This document shows positions 49,608 through 59,454 of a stretch of 64,000 bases of DNA, one piece after another (positions within the stretch are counted from its first letter, which is position 1; every line of letters starts with the position of its first letter). The stretch comes from Candidatus Caldarchaeales archaeon (GTDB lineage: Archaea; Thermoproteota; Nitrososphaeria_A; Caldarchaeales; Wolframiiraptoraceae). A program made the position numbers and the translations under genes. The notes below the pieces were generated by a model. The model was given only the letters and a program-made list of their open reading frames with translations. It was not told the DNA's origin and did no database searches. Where the stretch lies: NCBI GenBank assembly GCA_039630055.1, contig JBCNVN010000001.1, positions 128,001-192,000 on the forward strand, written 5' to 3'.

Positions 49608-51987
49608 CTTCTAGATTTAATCTCATCTTAAATTTCCACATCTTATGAAGTCTCCACACTATGATGGAGAGGATAGTGATCAAGGTTAGCTGGAGGAATA
49701 TTATTAGAGGGGCATCGATTATAGGGGTAAGCACCCATAATATCTGGATAACTCTATCCCCGTTGATCTCTTCGATCCCAAATGGATTTAGTGCTCTCCA
49801 CCTGAAACCTAACAATTCCATGAAACTATCTGCAGGAGATACTTGAGGCTCAACCCTCCAAAATACTGTGGTCCCCTCAGGATATTCTCCTTCACCTATA
49901 AACAATCCTATATCGGTTTTTCCCTCTAATTTATGGTATCTTAAAATACTATAATGTATAGATATATCTAACGGTCTCTCAACATAGAATGAGATTTGAC
50001 CTGGATTATGAAACTCTAGGTCTCCTATAAAGCCTTTCAAGAAAAGTACTAGTCCATCATCATTCTTGAATTTATCGGGAAAGTAACATGTTAGAATAGT
50101 GTTCCGTAAGACCCATGATTCAGCAATCCCATCTACATAATTCCATTCAACCATCCCAGGTGGACCATTACATATTGGATAAATATTCTCTAATCCCACA
50201 ATTGTATGTACTCTTACAAGGAAATATCTTCTTACTTCTAACCATATTGTTCCAGGAGAATCTACTCTTAGAATAATCTCTCTACTATCTTTGAGATATT
50301 TATAGTTTAAGCTCGACTTGAAGCTTATCAATTCTATCCTCTCACCTACTGATCTAGGAGATAAAAATCTATCCAGCAATACTCTATACTCTCCACCGAG
50401 GGATACCCATTCCTCTTCTACATCCTCCCTATCAAGATCTCTAACAACGATCTTTATCATAGCCTCAATATTATAGTATAACGTGATGGTATCCGGTCTA
50501 TCTACGAATATATAAACAAGGTCTCTATCCATCTTTATATTCAAACTTGACACTATGTTTGATGGCTTAAATCTGTACTGTCCTGCTATAATCTCCTTAA
50601 ATGGTATACGTAGAACCCCGTCCTTCTTTATCCAGTACTCTCCAACATATTCAGATATCTGGCTTGGTAGAATCTCCATGATATCTTCTCTCTTAAATAT
50701 GTCTTTAGAGATCGTAGGCTCAAATAACAATCTTATCTTGTAGTATCTCTCATATACATAGCTTACACTATGAGTTGAATTTACTCTAAATAATCTAATA
50801 TTATCATAATCTTTTCCATCTATTTTAATCTTTGAGAGTATATACATCTGGGAGCTGGTCTGTAAGATTCTTGGTGGCGAGACATCTACCTTACTTCCCG
50901 CCTTCACCCATTCTTTACCTTCGAGAATCTTCAAGACTATTTCATCAGGTTCAACATCTCTAACTATTAGATACCATGGACTGTAGAAGAACTGTAGAGC
51001 AATCCTCCAACCAGGCTCAAGATATATTTCCCTTATACTGTTTTCCGCAACGTATTTTACATTGGTTGACAATTGAACCTCTTCTTGAACAGCAACCAGT
51101 AAAGTTGAAGCTTGAGATAAGGGAATGTCTAGATTATAGTCTATACCTCCATATATGTACTTCTCAATGATGTCTCCACTAGGCAGTATTATCACCTGGA
51201 CTTGTATCTTGAGGTTTACCGGTAAACCATTAACTCTAATCTTTATTGTTGTCGGTATCGGATGAACGCTTATCTTACATATCTTTTCTTCTACCATTAT
51301 CCAGGTATTATTTTCAAGATTAAGGTACTCGAGAATAGAGATCACTTCTATCTCGCCCGGTTCCGATGGAGGAGATACCTGTCTATATAATGGGATCGTA
51401 CCATTACCTTCTAACTCAAGCTCGATCATGGTCTCAAGCTCTCCATCTACAATTATCCTCACCCTCGTCCTTATCTTATCTACCGAACTATACGTGAATG
51501 ATAGATTCAGAGAGAACTTCTCATCGATTAATACATATGCTGGACAGCTATAGTTAATGAATCTGAGAAATGGAGTCTCAGGTCTTGATCTTATAATTAT
51601 CTTCAAGTATTCTTCTTCTAGAATCTGTCCACCATGCCATAGTTCTATCTTGATTGAATGATTACCTAACTCAGCATTCGGAGAAGTCTTTATATCTAAG
51701 ATTGAGGTAAAAGGGGTCTCACCCGCTACTCTGGAGAGAGTATAGTTTAACCATGGAGGCTTCTCCGGTATTACTATTCTAACCCTTAAACCTTGAACTT
51801 CTTTACCTACGTTTATTTTAACCGATGCCTCATCTCCACTAAACAACTCTATCTTATCGGGTTCTAGAGAGATCAAGTCTAGGGGATAGACTGCTTGAGA
51901 TGAGAATAATGCGAATACTCCGATCATGAGGGATAATATCTTGAAGTATAGTTTAATCATCTCGATACCACTTACCGCCTCTCTCAA
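49585..51987 (-). CDS. Large cell-surface beta-rich protein with signal peptide and C-terminal TM anchor
   Basis: Signal peptide, Ig-like segments, N-x-S/T sequons, C-terminal TM plus basic tail. Confidence 0.7.
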   Translation of the reverse strand: MREAVSGIEMIKLYFKILSLMIGVFALFSSQAVYPLDLISLEPDKIELFSGDEASVKINVGKEVQGLRVRIVIPEKPPWLNYTLSRVAGETPFTSILDIKTSPNAELGNHSIKIELWHGGQILEEEYLKIIIRSRPETPFLRFINYSCPAYVLIDEKFSLNLSFTYSSVDKIRTRVRIIVDGELETMIELELEGNGTIPLYRQVSPPSEPGEIEVISILEYLNLENNTWIMVEEKICKISVHPIPTTIKIRVNGLPVNLKIQVQVIILPSGDIIEKYIYGGIDYNLDIPLSQASTLLVAVQEEVQLSTNVKYVAENSIREIYLEPGWRIALQFFYSPWYLIVRDVEPDEIVLKILEGKEWVKAGSKVDVSPPRILQTSSQMYILSKIKIDGKDYDNIRLFRVNSTHSVSYVYERYYKIRLLFEPTISKDIFKREDIMEILPSQISEYVGEYWIKKDGVLRIPFKEIIAGQYRFKPSNIVSSLNIKMDRDLVYIFVDRPDTITLYYNIEAMIKIVVRDLDREDVEEEWVSLGGEYRVLLDRFLSPRSVGERIELISFKSSLNYKYLKDSREIILRVDSPGTIWLEVRRYFLVRVHTIVGLENIYPICNGPPGMVEWNYVDGIAESWVLRNTILTCYFPDKFKNDDGLVLFLKGFIGDLEFHNPGQISFYVERPLDISIHYSILRYHKLEGKTDIGLFIGEGEYPEGTTVFWRVEPQVSPADSFMELLGFRWRALNPFGIEEINGDRVIQILWVLTPIIDAPLIIFLQLTLITILSIIVWRLHKMWKFKMRLNLEGDGSIEE

Positions 51988-52622
51988 TAATGGTCTGTTA
52001 GAGTATAATGGAATACTTCTAGCATCTTCTTAACGACTAGTTTTTTGACTTTATCCATATCGACTTTTGTTTTAAGTATCTTCTCCATCGATGTCATGAC
52101 TTCAGGGTCTAAACCGCAAGGTCTGATCAGCTTAAAATAATCTAGGTCGGTGTTAACATTTAAAGCAAATCCATGAAAAGTTATCCACTTCTTCAAAGCT
52201 AAACCTATAGAAGCTATCTTCTTATCTTTCACCCATACCCCAGGATATCCCTCAACCCTCTCTGCATAAATATCAAAATCTTTTAAAGTTCTAATCAATA
52301 CTTCTTCAATTTTTTGAACGAATTCTCTTATCGACATGTTCATAGAATTAAGGTCGACGATTAGGTAGCCTACTAACTGTCCTGGTCCATGGTATGTAGC
52401 CTCTCCCCCCCTCTCAACCTTGTAAACTTGGATATTGTCCACCTTAAAGCTGAGATCTTTCATTCTCTTACCAAGAGTTATCACATGAGGATGTTCAAGA
52501 AGAAGTAATGTGTCCGGGATCTTATCTTGAGCTCTCTCATCTACAAGATTGAGCTGCAGGTCATGCGCCCTTCCATACTCTATCAATCCTAGATCTTTTA
52601 CCTGGAGTAATCTCAATATCAC
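51984..52622 (-). CDS. lipB: Lipoyl(octanoyl) transferase LipB
   Basis: LLEHPHVITLG, RGGEATYHGPGQLV, KIASIG, HGFALN, PCG. Confidence 0.95.
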   Translation of the reverse strand: MILRLLQVKDLGLIEYGRAHDLQLNLVDERAQDKIPDTLLLLEHPHVITLGKRMKDLSFKVDNIQVYKVERGGEATYHGPGQLVGYLIVDLNSMNMSIREFVQKIEEVLIRTLKDFDIYAERVEGYPGVWVKDKKIASIGLALKKWITFHGFALNVNTDLDYFKLIRPCGLDPEVMTSMEKILKTKVDMDKVKKLVVKKMLEVFHYTLTDHY

Positions 52623-54000
52623 TTCACCAGCATGTGGATAGGCTTGAAGATGGCTGCCTCGGCGACTTCAGAGAAAAGCTCGCTGAAGGTTGGATGTGGA
52701 TGAATCACCTCGAGAGCTGTTCTACTGTCAGCCTTCTCTTAACCGCTATCCTGAACGCTTCTCCGATTAGCTCGGTTGCTCTAGCTCCAACTATTGTGAA
52801 ATCTCCAGTATCTTTCCATCTTCCTGGTCTGGATATTATCCTTATAAAACCTTCCGTTTCTTCATCTGCAATAGCTCTACCAAGTGAAGAATAACTGAAT
52901 CTACTAACTTACTTTGTAGTCTTCTTCTCAGCCTCGCTCCTACTATAAATGGACAGAGGCTATCTCTGGATTCTGTAGATCGCTATAGGCACTATCGTGG
53001 GATTGAACCTGACCAGCATATTTTCCGCCGCGATAATCCCTTGTCTAGAAGCTTTATGAGCAAGAAATGGTGGACCGGTCACATCTCCAACCGCATAGAC
53101 ATTCTCTAGATTCGTCCTACAATATCGGTCTACTCTTATAAACCCTCTCTCGTCTAGATCTATCCCGAGATCTTCAAGGCCGAGGCCACTGATCGATGGC
53201 TTCTTACCAACCGCTACCAGAACGTAGTCTGACACCTCTTCTATCATCTCCTTTGGAGTCTCTATAATAGTCTTAACTTTGTCTCCTAATATCTGTGAAG
53301 ATAAGACCTTAGATGAGAGATTTATTTTTACCCCGATCTCTTTAAGCCTTCTCTCAACCATCTTGGTGACATCCTTATCGAGACCTGGTAATAGCTGATC
53401 CATTATCTCTACGATGGTTACATTACTTCCAAGCTTGGCGAACATTGTCCCAAGCTCTAGACCTATCGCTCCTCCCCCGACGATTAGCAGTTTCTCCGGA
53501 ATCTTCTCCAACTCTAATGCCTCCCTCGACGTTATTATCTTCTTACCATCATAAGGAACAGTATTGAGAGATATCTGGGATGCACCTGTAGATACTATAA
53601 GATATTCTCCAGAGATCTCTCTTACAGAACCATTCTTCTCTTCTAATCTTATCTTTAAACTAGGCTTGATAGTTGCTTTTCCAGAATATATCTTTACACC
53701 ATATCCTTTCAATAAGAATTCTACACCCTCTCTGATCTTTTCGACAAGCCTCTTCTTCTTCTCTTGTAGATAGCCCCAATCTATTCTACCATTCTTCAAG
53801 ACTCCTACTCTTGAAAGCCTATAATACTGGTTAACATTCTCTATAAGTATCTTGGATGGTATGCATCCATAGTTTAGACATTCTCCTCCGAGAAGCTCCT
53901 TCTCAATTATCGCTGTCTTGATACCCAACTGCGCAAGTCTAATAGCTGCTACATATCCTCCTGGTCCACCGCCTATTACGACTGCACCATAATTCTCCAT
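52619..54000 (-). pseudogene. lpdA: Dihydrolipoamide dehydrogenase, C-terminal domain frameshifted (pseudogene or sequencing error)
   Basis: GGGPGGYVAAIR, GGECLNYGCIPSK, LAHKA intact. Downstream PEIASV, SLGRA, VGARATELIGE, IHPHPTFSE and PIH are spread over several frames. Confidence 0.88.
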
Positions 54001-54014
54001 TCCACTACAGCCTC

Positions 54015-54899
54015 CTATGTCTCTCCTCCTCTACTTATTATCGCTCTCAGATAGAATTCTGAAGCGAGATAAGAACTTCTAGCTAGCGGCCCTGAAGCAA
54101 CATATCTGAAACCAAGCTCCTCTCCTATCCTTCTAAGTTTCTCGAATCTTTCAGGGCTTACATATTCTTTTACTGGTATCTGTCTTCTACTTGGTCTTAG
54201 ATACTGTCCTAGAGTAAGGAAGTCTACACCGATACTCCTCAAATCTTTCATGGCCTCGACCACCTCTATCTCCTCCTCTCCCAACCCGAGCATTAGAGAA
54301 GACTTGGTAAATAGCTTTGGATTAATTTCTTTAACCAGTTCTAGTGTTTTTAATGATTTTTCGTATCCAGCTCTAGGATCCCGGACGATTGGGGTCAGCC
54401 TTCTCACAGTCTCAAGATTGTGGCCTAAGACATCAGGACCACTCTCAACGACCATTCTTATTGAACCATAATCATTATTGAAATCTGGTATAAGTACTTC
54501 AACCAATGCTCCCGTATTTTTCTTTATCTCTCTTATCGTCTCGGCATAGATTGAAGCACCACCATCTCTCAAGTCATCCCTAGTAACAGATGTTATAACG
54601 ACGTATCTTAACCCAAGTTTTTTCACTGCTTCTACAACTCTCTTCGGCTCATCTAAGTCAACTCTCCCCTCTGGGTTTCCAGCCTTCACTGCACAGAATC
54701 TACATGATCTTGTACATATATCTCCTAATATCATTATTGTGGCCGTACCATGACCCCAGCACTCAGAGATATTTGGGCATAAGGCTTCTTCACAGACAGT
54801 TTTTAGATTGGATCTCTTTAAAATAGCATTTACTCTCATATACTCTTGACCAGAAGGCAATCTAACCCTAATCCAGCTAGGCTTGCGGAGGCTCTCCAT
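54015..54899 (-). CDS. lipA: Lipoyl synthase (radical SAM)
   Basis: VCEEALCPNISEC, CTRSCRFC, TSVTRDDL, HNLETV, GQYL, RSSY. Confidence 0.96.
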   Translation of the reverse strand: MESLRKPSWIRVRLPSGQEYMRVNAILKRSNLKTVCEEALCPNISECWGHGTATIMILGDICTRSCRFCAVKAGNPEGRVDLDEPKRVVEAVKKLGLRYVVITSVTRDDLRDGGASIYAETIREIKKNTGALVEVLIPDFNNDYGSIRMVVESGPDVLGHNLETVRRLTPIVRDPRAGYEKSLKTLELVKEINPKLFTKSSLMLGLGEEEIEVVEAMKDLRSIGVDFLTLGQYLRPSRRQIPVKEYVSPERFEKLRRIGEELGFRYVASGPLARSSYLASEFYLRAIISRGGET

Positions 54900-55057
54900 C
54901 TACATAGTCTTAAAAATTGGATGATAGTAAAAAACATATTCTTAACTATTTTTTAATATGAATTTAAGAATCTCATTATCGATAACCGTCGATTTAACAG
55001 TCTTCTTTCTGAAAAATAGTTAAGAATAGAAATTACATATTTAGATTTGAGGAACTT

Positions 55058-55612
55058 TTGATTGAGATCAGGTGGCATGGAAGGGGCGGTCAAGGAATAG
55101 TAACAGTAAGCGACATATTAGCGAGATCAATAATATTGGAGGGAAAGTATGCACAGCATTTTCCTGAGTTTGGACCTGAAAGATCTGGAGCACCAGTAAA
55201 AGCATTTACAAGAATCTCCGATGAACCGATAGAGATCCATACTGGAATATATGCACCTGATATTGTGGTAATCGTGGATGAGGGTATGTCTAAAAACTTC
55301 CATCCATATATTGAAGGATTGAAGGAGAATGGATTATTATTCCTGAATCTTGGAGATGCATCTAAGCTACATAAACAAGATCTTCCAAACAGTATTCGAG
55401 CATACGTAGTCAATGCTAAAAAGATATCTCTTGAAGAGGCTGGTAGACCGATATTCAACATCCCAATGTTGGGTGGTTTAGTTAAACTATTAAGAATGCC
55501 TAGTTTAAGTATAATCGAAGAAGTCTTGAGTAAGAGATTCTCAAGCGATCTGTTAGAGGTAAACATAAGAATATTGAAGAGAGCTTATGATGAGGTGGAG
55601 ATTATTGTCTGA
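55058..55612 (+). CDS. porG: Pyruvate/2-ketoisovalerate:ferredoxin oxidoreductase gamma subunit
   Basis: EIRWHGRGGQG, FPEFGPERSGAPV. Confidence 0.9.
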   Translation: MIEIRWHGRGGQGIVTVSDILARSIILEGKYAQHFPEFGPERSGAPVKAFTRISDEPIEIHTGIYAPDIVVIVDEGMSKNFHPYIEGLKENGLLFLNLGDASKLHKQDLPNSIRAYVVNAKKISLEEAGRPIFNIPMLGGLVKLLRMPSLSIIEEVLSKRFSSDLLEVNIRILKRAYDEVEIIV

Positions 55613-55907
55613 GATAGATGTTAAAAAGATTATTAGAGGACAGTTTTCTTGGAGGACCCTCCCACCAGCCGCAATGGTTTTAGTACCCACATCACTTGAG
55701 TATAAGACGTATACTTGGAGGATAGAGAGACCTGAAATAGATCAATCAAAATGTACGAGATGTTTACTGTGCTGGGTCTATTGTCCAGACATGTCTATAA
55801 GAAGACTTAATGATGGGAGGGTAGAGATTTACTATGAATTCTGTAAAGGATGTGGTATATGCGCTGAGGTATGTCCATCGAAAGCTATAAAGATGGTGGA
55901 GGAGTGA
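55605..55907 (+). CDS. porD: POR-family delta subunit (2x4Fe-4S)
   Basis: TYTWR..RP, CTRCLLCWVYCPD, CKGCGICAEVCP. TTG start at 55605. Confidence 0.9.
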   Translation: MSEIDVKKIIRGQFSWRTLPPAAMVLVPTSLEYKTYTWRIERPEIDQSKCTRCLLCWVYCPDMSIRRLNDGRVEIYYEFCKGCGICAEVCPSKAIKMVEE

Positions 55908-55910
55908 GCC

Positions 55911-57104
55911 ATGAGCAAAGTCGAGTATGCTAAAAGAGTGGCTCTGATGGGGGATGAGGCTGTAGCATATGCAGTTAAACAAGCAGATGTAGATGTTATA
56001 GCGGCTTACCCTATAACCCCCCAGACATTAATCGTAGAGAGGCTTAGCAAGTATGTTGCAGACGGAGAGTTAAATGCTGCCTTCATCCAAGCTGAGAGCG
56101 AGCACTCAGCTCTCTCTATCTGTGTAGGTGCTGCACTTGCCGGGGCTAGAACGTTCACGTCTACAGCAAGTCAGGGTCTCGCATTAATGCATGAGATACT
56201 CTTTATCGCCTCCTCTATGAGAGCGCCTATAGTTATGGCCATAGCCAACAGGGCACTTAACTCTCCACTAAATATTCACTGCGACCACTCAGATATTATG
56301 GATGCGAGAGATACTGGATGGGTACATCTGTTTGCAAACAATGTCCAGCAAGTATATGACCTTACCCTCATAGCCTTCAAGATGAGTGAAGATCAAAACT
56401 TGTTGCTTCCTGTATCAGTGAATCTAGACGGATTCATACTAACTCATAGTATCGAGCCTCTCGAAGTCTTACCAGATGAAGAAGTTTGTCAGTTCATCCC
56501 CCATAGACCTTATCGATACGAGATAGATTTCGAGAAGCCTTTAGCATATGGGGTTATGGCCTTACCAGATACTTATATGGAGTTTAGGAAGCAGCTCTAT
56601 GAAGCAATACTAGGAGCTCCAGAAGTATTAGATAGGGTAACTAGAGAATACTACAAGATCTCTGGGAGAAAATATAATCCTATAGTTTCATACTATACTG
56701 AGGATGCAGATGCTGTAGTAGTAGCATTGGGATCAACTGTAGACACTCTGAAATATGTGGCTAGAAAGCTTAGAGAGAAGGGTCTCAAGGTTGGTGTACT
56801 TGGAATAACTATGTATAGGCCCTTCCCGGAGAGAGAAATCTTGGAAGCCTTAGAGAATGTAAAATGTTTAGCCATCATGGATAGAGCATATTCTTATGGA
56901 GGTGTTGGAGGACCACTATATACAGATATCCTCTCAATGCTTTACAAGCATGGGGTTAGAAAGATAGTTGCAGACTTTGTCTATGGACTTGGAGGAAGAG
57001 ACTTCAAGATTACAGATTCAGAAGAGCTATTTAGAAAGATGATGGTAGCGATCGAGCATAATGGATATGATAGAGATATCTACTGGTGGGGGGTGAAAGA
57101 ATAG
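55911..57104 (+). CDS. porA: POR-family alpha subunit
   Basis: AYPITPQT, ESEHSA, TASQGL, NRAL, YRPFP, YGLGGRD. Confidence 0.93.
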   Translation: MSKVEYAKRVALMGDEAVAYAVKQADVDVIAAYPITPQTLIVERLSKYVADGELNAAFIQAESEHSALSICVGAALAGARTFTSTASQGLALMHEILFIASSMRAPIVMAIANRALNSPLNIHCDHSDIMDARDTGWVHLFANNVQQVYDLTLIAFKMSEDQNLLLPVSVNLDGFILTHSIEPLEVLPDEEVCQFIPHRPYRYEIDFEKPLAYGVMALPDTYMEFRKQLYEAILGAPEVLDRVTREYYKISGRKYNPIVSYYTEDADAVVVALGSTVDTLKYVARKLREKGLKVGVLGITMYRPFPEREILEALENVKCLAIMDRAYSYGGVGGPLYTDILSMLYKHGVRKIVADFVYGLGGRDFKITDSEELFRKMMVAIEHNGYDRDIYWWGVKE

Positions 57105-57105
57105 T

Positions 57106-58053
57106 ATGACCACAATCGAGAAACATTTCAAGACGATAAGAGACCTGCCCGTAGAGGATTATTTCGCTCCTGGTCATAGACTATGTGCAGGATGCGGAGC
57201 CTCTCTTGCAGTGAAGCTTGCAATGAAGGCTATAAGAATGCCTACAGTTGTAGTTAATGCAACTGGATGCGTAGAGGTTTCTACATCGATGTTTCCATAT
57301 GTTAGTTGGAGGGTTCCATGGGTTCACATAGCATTCGAGAATACTGCAGCGGTTGCAAGCGGAATATCGGAGGGATTAAAGATTCTAAACAAGAAAAGGG
57401 GTAAGATGATGCATGACGTCATCGCGATAAGTGGAGATGGTGGAACATTCGACATCGGCTTACAGGCTCTCTCAGGAGCTTTGGAAAGAGGTCATAAGAT
57501 GCTCTACATATGCTATGATAACGAAGCCTACATGAATACAGGCGTCCAGAGGTCTGGGGCAACCCCTATAGGTGCGGCTACTACGACCAGCCCTATCGGA
57601 CAATTGATCCCCGGTAAACAAGAGAGGAAGAAAGACTTGATAGGAATAGTTGCGGCTCATAGAATACCTTATGCGGCCACAGCCTCTATCTCTCATCCTC
57701 TAGACTTTGTAAACAAGGTTAGGAAAGCTCTAGAGATTGAGGGGCCGACGTTTATCCATGTTATAACACCGTGCGCCCTAGGTTGGAGGCATCCACCATC
57801 GCAGACGATCAAGATCGCTAGACTAGCTGTTGAGACTAGATATTTCCCAGTATACGAGGTTGAGGAGGGTAGGGTTAAGATAAACATTAGAGTATCGAGA
57901 CCTAGACCTCTTGAAGAGTTCTTGGAAGCACAGGGAAGATTCAAGCATCTCTTCGAACCTCAGAATAGGCATATTCTAGAAAATCTTAAAACTCAGATTG
58001 AAGAAAATTGGAATAGGCTTTTAAGGCTAGAAGAGCTAGGTATACGTATCTGA
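57106..58053 (+). CDS. porB: POR-family beta subunit (TPP-binding)
   Basis: GHRLCAGCG, ATGC, FEN, GDGGTFDIG, YDNEAYMNTGVQRS. Confidence 0.93.
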   Translation: MTTIEKHFKTIRDLPVEDYFAPGHRLCAGCGASLAVKLAMKAIRMPTVVVNATGCVEVSTSMFPYVSWRVPWVHIAFENTAAVASGISEGLKILNKKRGKMMHDVIAISGDGGTFDIGLQALSGALERGHKMLYICYDNEAYMNTGVQRSGATPIGAATTTSPIGQLIPGKQERKKDLIGIVAAHRIPYAATASISHPLDFVNKVRKALEIEGPTFIHVITPCALGWRHPPSQTIKIARLAVETRYFPVYEVEEGRVKINIRVSRPRPLEEFLEAQGRFKHLFEPQNRHILENLKTQIEENWNRLLRLEELGIRI

Positions 58054-58099
58054 TAGTTTTACCTTTTATCTCCACACTATTTTTTATAGATTTAGATTT

Positions 58100-59080
58100 T
58101 TATAGAATGTTGATCCCTGTGATAGCTTGAATCTTAGAGATTATCGAACTAGTCAGTTTATCATCTAATCTTGTCCTAATATCATATAGAGATACAAGCA
58201 TCTCATTTACCCTTCTAACCACCCTCTGAGGATATGGTATAGACCTGAACTCTATATACAGTCTCTCCAAATCTTTATATGTTAAGGTTTTACCATAGAG
58301 AGCTCTGAGGATCGCTGACAGCTGGTTTAAAGTAGCCCTATAGCAATTTATATGTGAAGAATGATTGTATAGACAGTTACCACAGTTTGATGCTAAAAGC
58401 TCTCTCATAGGACCTCTATTAGTGATCCTTACATGTTTTGCAACCTTGACATAGTTATCTTTCTTCAACCTAGACAAAGCTTTGTAGAGTGTACTGACGC
58501 TAATCCCTCCTTTAAGCACTCTCCTGAAAAGTTCATCTACAGTCGATTCTCCATATATACAGAGATAATCTATAATCTTCTGATAGAGTGTTGGTGGAGC
58601 TTTAGATAGATATTCTTCTAACTTCTTCTGTAGTAGGTTTAACATCATACTGTACTCTGGGACTGAGTCAAATCCTAGCCTTCTAAAACATGTCTCAACT
58701 TGAAGATTAAAATCGTTCATCATAGTAGATGATAAAGAATCATAGTCTGTAGACTTCATATAAGAGTTAAGGAGAGACCATAAGTAGTATACGCATTCAT
58801 CTTTCCATCCACTCCTAACAATCCACGAAAACTTATTTAATGCATCTAGTGTAGATAGTTTATCTACAAAGTATATCTCCCTGGTAGCTTTCTTGAAGAA
58901 ATTCTTGGATGATAGCCTCTCTAAGGCCTCTATACCCCTATTATTCATAGCCACCAAGACAGCATCTTGATCGTTTGATCTCTCAACGAGAACAATAAGT
59001 GGAGACCTGATATAGTTCTCTTCACTAAATTCGTATGGTTTGAATTCTGCTAAGAGGGATAGTAGTTCGACCTCTTTCAC
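58100..59080 (-). CDS. Hypothetical protein with internal HTH and Cys/His cluster
   Basis: STVDELF...ISVSTLYKALSRLKKDNYV HTH-like, NCGNCLYNH..HINC. Confidence 0.6.
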   Translation of the reverse strand: MKEVELLSLLAEFKPYEFSEENYIRSPLIVLVERSNDQDAVLVAMNNRGIEALERLSSKNFFKKATREIYFVDKLSTLDALNKFSWIVRSGWKDECVYYLWSLLNSYMKSTDYDSLSSTMMNDFNLQVETCFRRLGFDSVPEYSMMLNLLQKKLEEYLSKAPPTLYQKIIDYLCIYGESTVDELFRRVLKGGISVSTLYKALSRLKKDNYVKVAKHVRITNRGPMRELLASNCGNCLYNHSSHINCYRATLNQLSAILRALYGKTLTYKDLERLYIEFRSIPYPQRVVRRVNEMLVSLYDIRTRLDDKLTSSIISKIQAITGINIL

Positions 59081-59169
59081 ATAGAAAATATTGGAAAAAA
59101 GCGAATATTAGCTTTTCTTTAAATAAGCCCGAACGATACAATCTATGTAAAAAGTCTGGGTGATAGCCA

Positions 59170-59454
59170 GTGTCATTAAAGATTATTAGAGAACCGATAA
59201 ATAAGAATATACAAAAAATACCCCTCGGGATCATAAATATCATACCTGAAAGATGTAAAGAATGCGGTTTCTGTGTAGAGCTCTGCCCTAGGGATGTCCT
59301 AAAGGTTGGTGAAGAACGAAATATGAAAGGTTATAGGTGGCCAAAGATAGCGGATGGAAAAGCCTATGATTGTATCGCTTGTAGAATGTGTGAATGGATA
59401 TGTCCAGAATTCGCTATATTTGTCAAAGAAGTCGATAGGAGGGAGTTCAGCTGA
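59170..59454 (+). CDS. korD: 2-oxoacid:ferredoxin oxidoreductase delta subunit (2x4Fe-4S)
   Basis: CKECGFCVELCP, CIACRMCEWICPEFAI. Confidence 0.85.
   Translation: MSLKIIREPINKNIQKIPLGIINIIPERCKECGFCVELCPRDVLKVGEERNMKGYRWPKIADGKAYDCIACRMCEWICPEFAIFVKEVDRREFS

Noticed and set aside
52634-52894. 86-aa + strand ORF
   Set aside because: Antisense to the frameshifted lpdA C-terminus.
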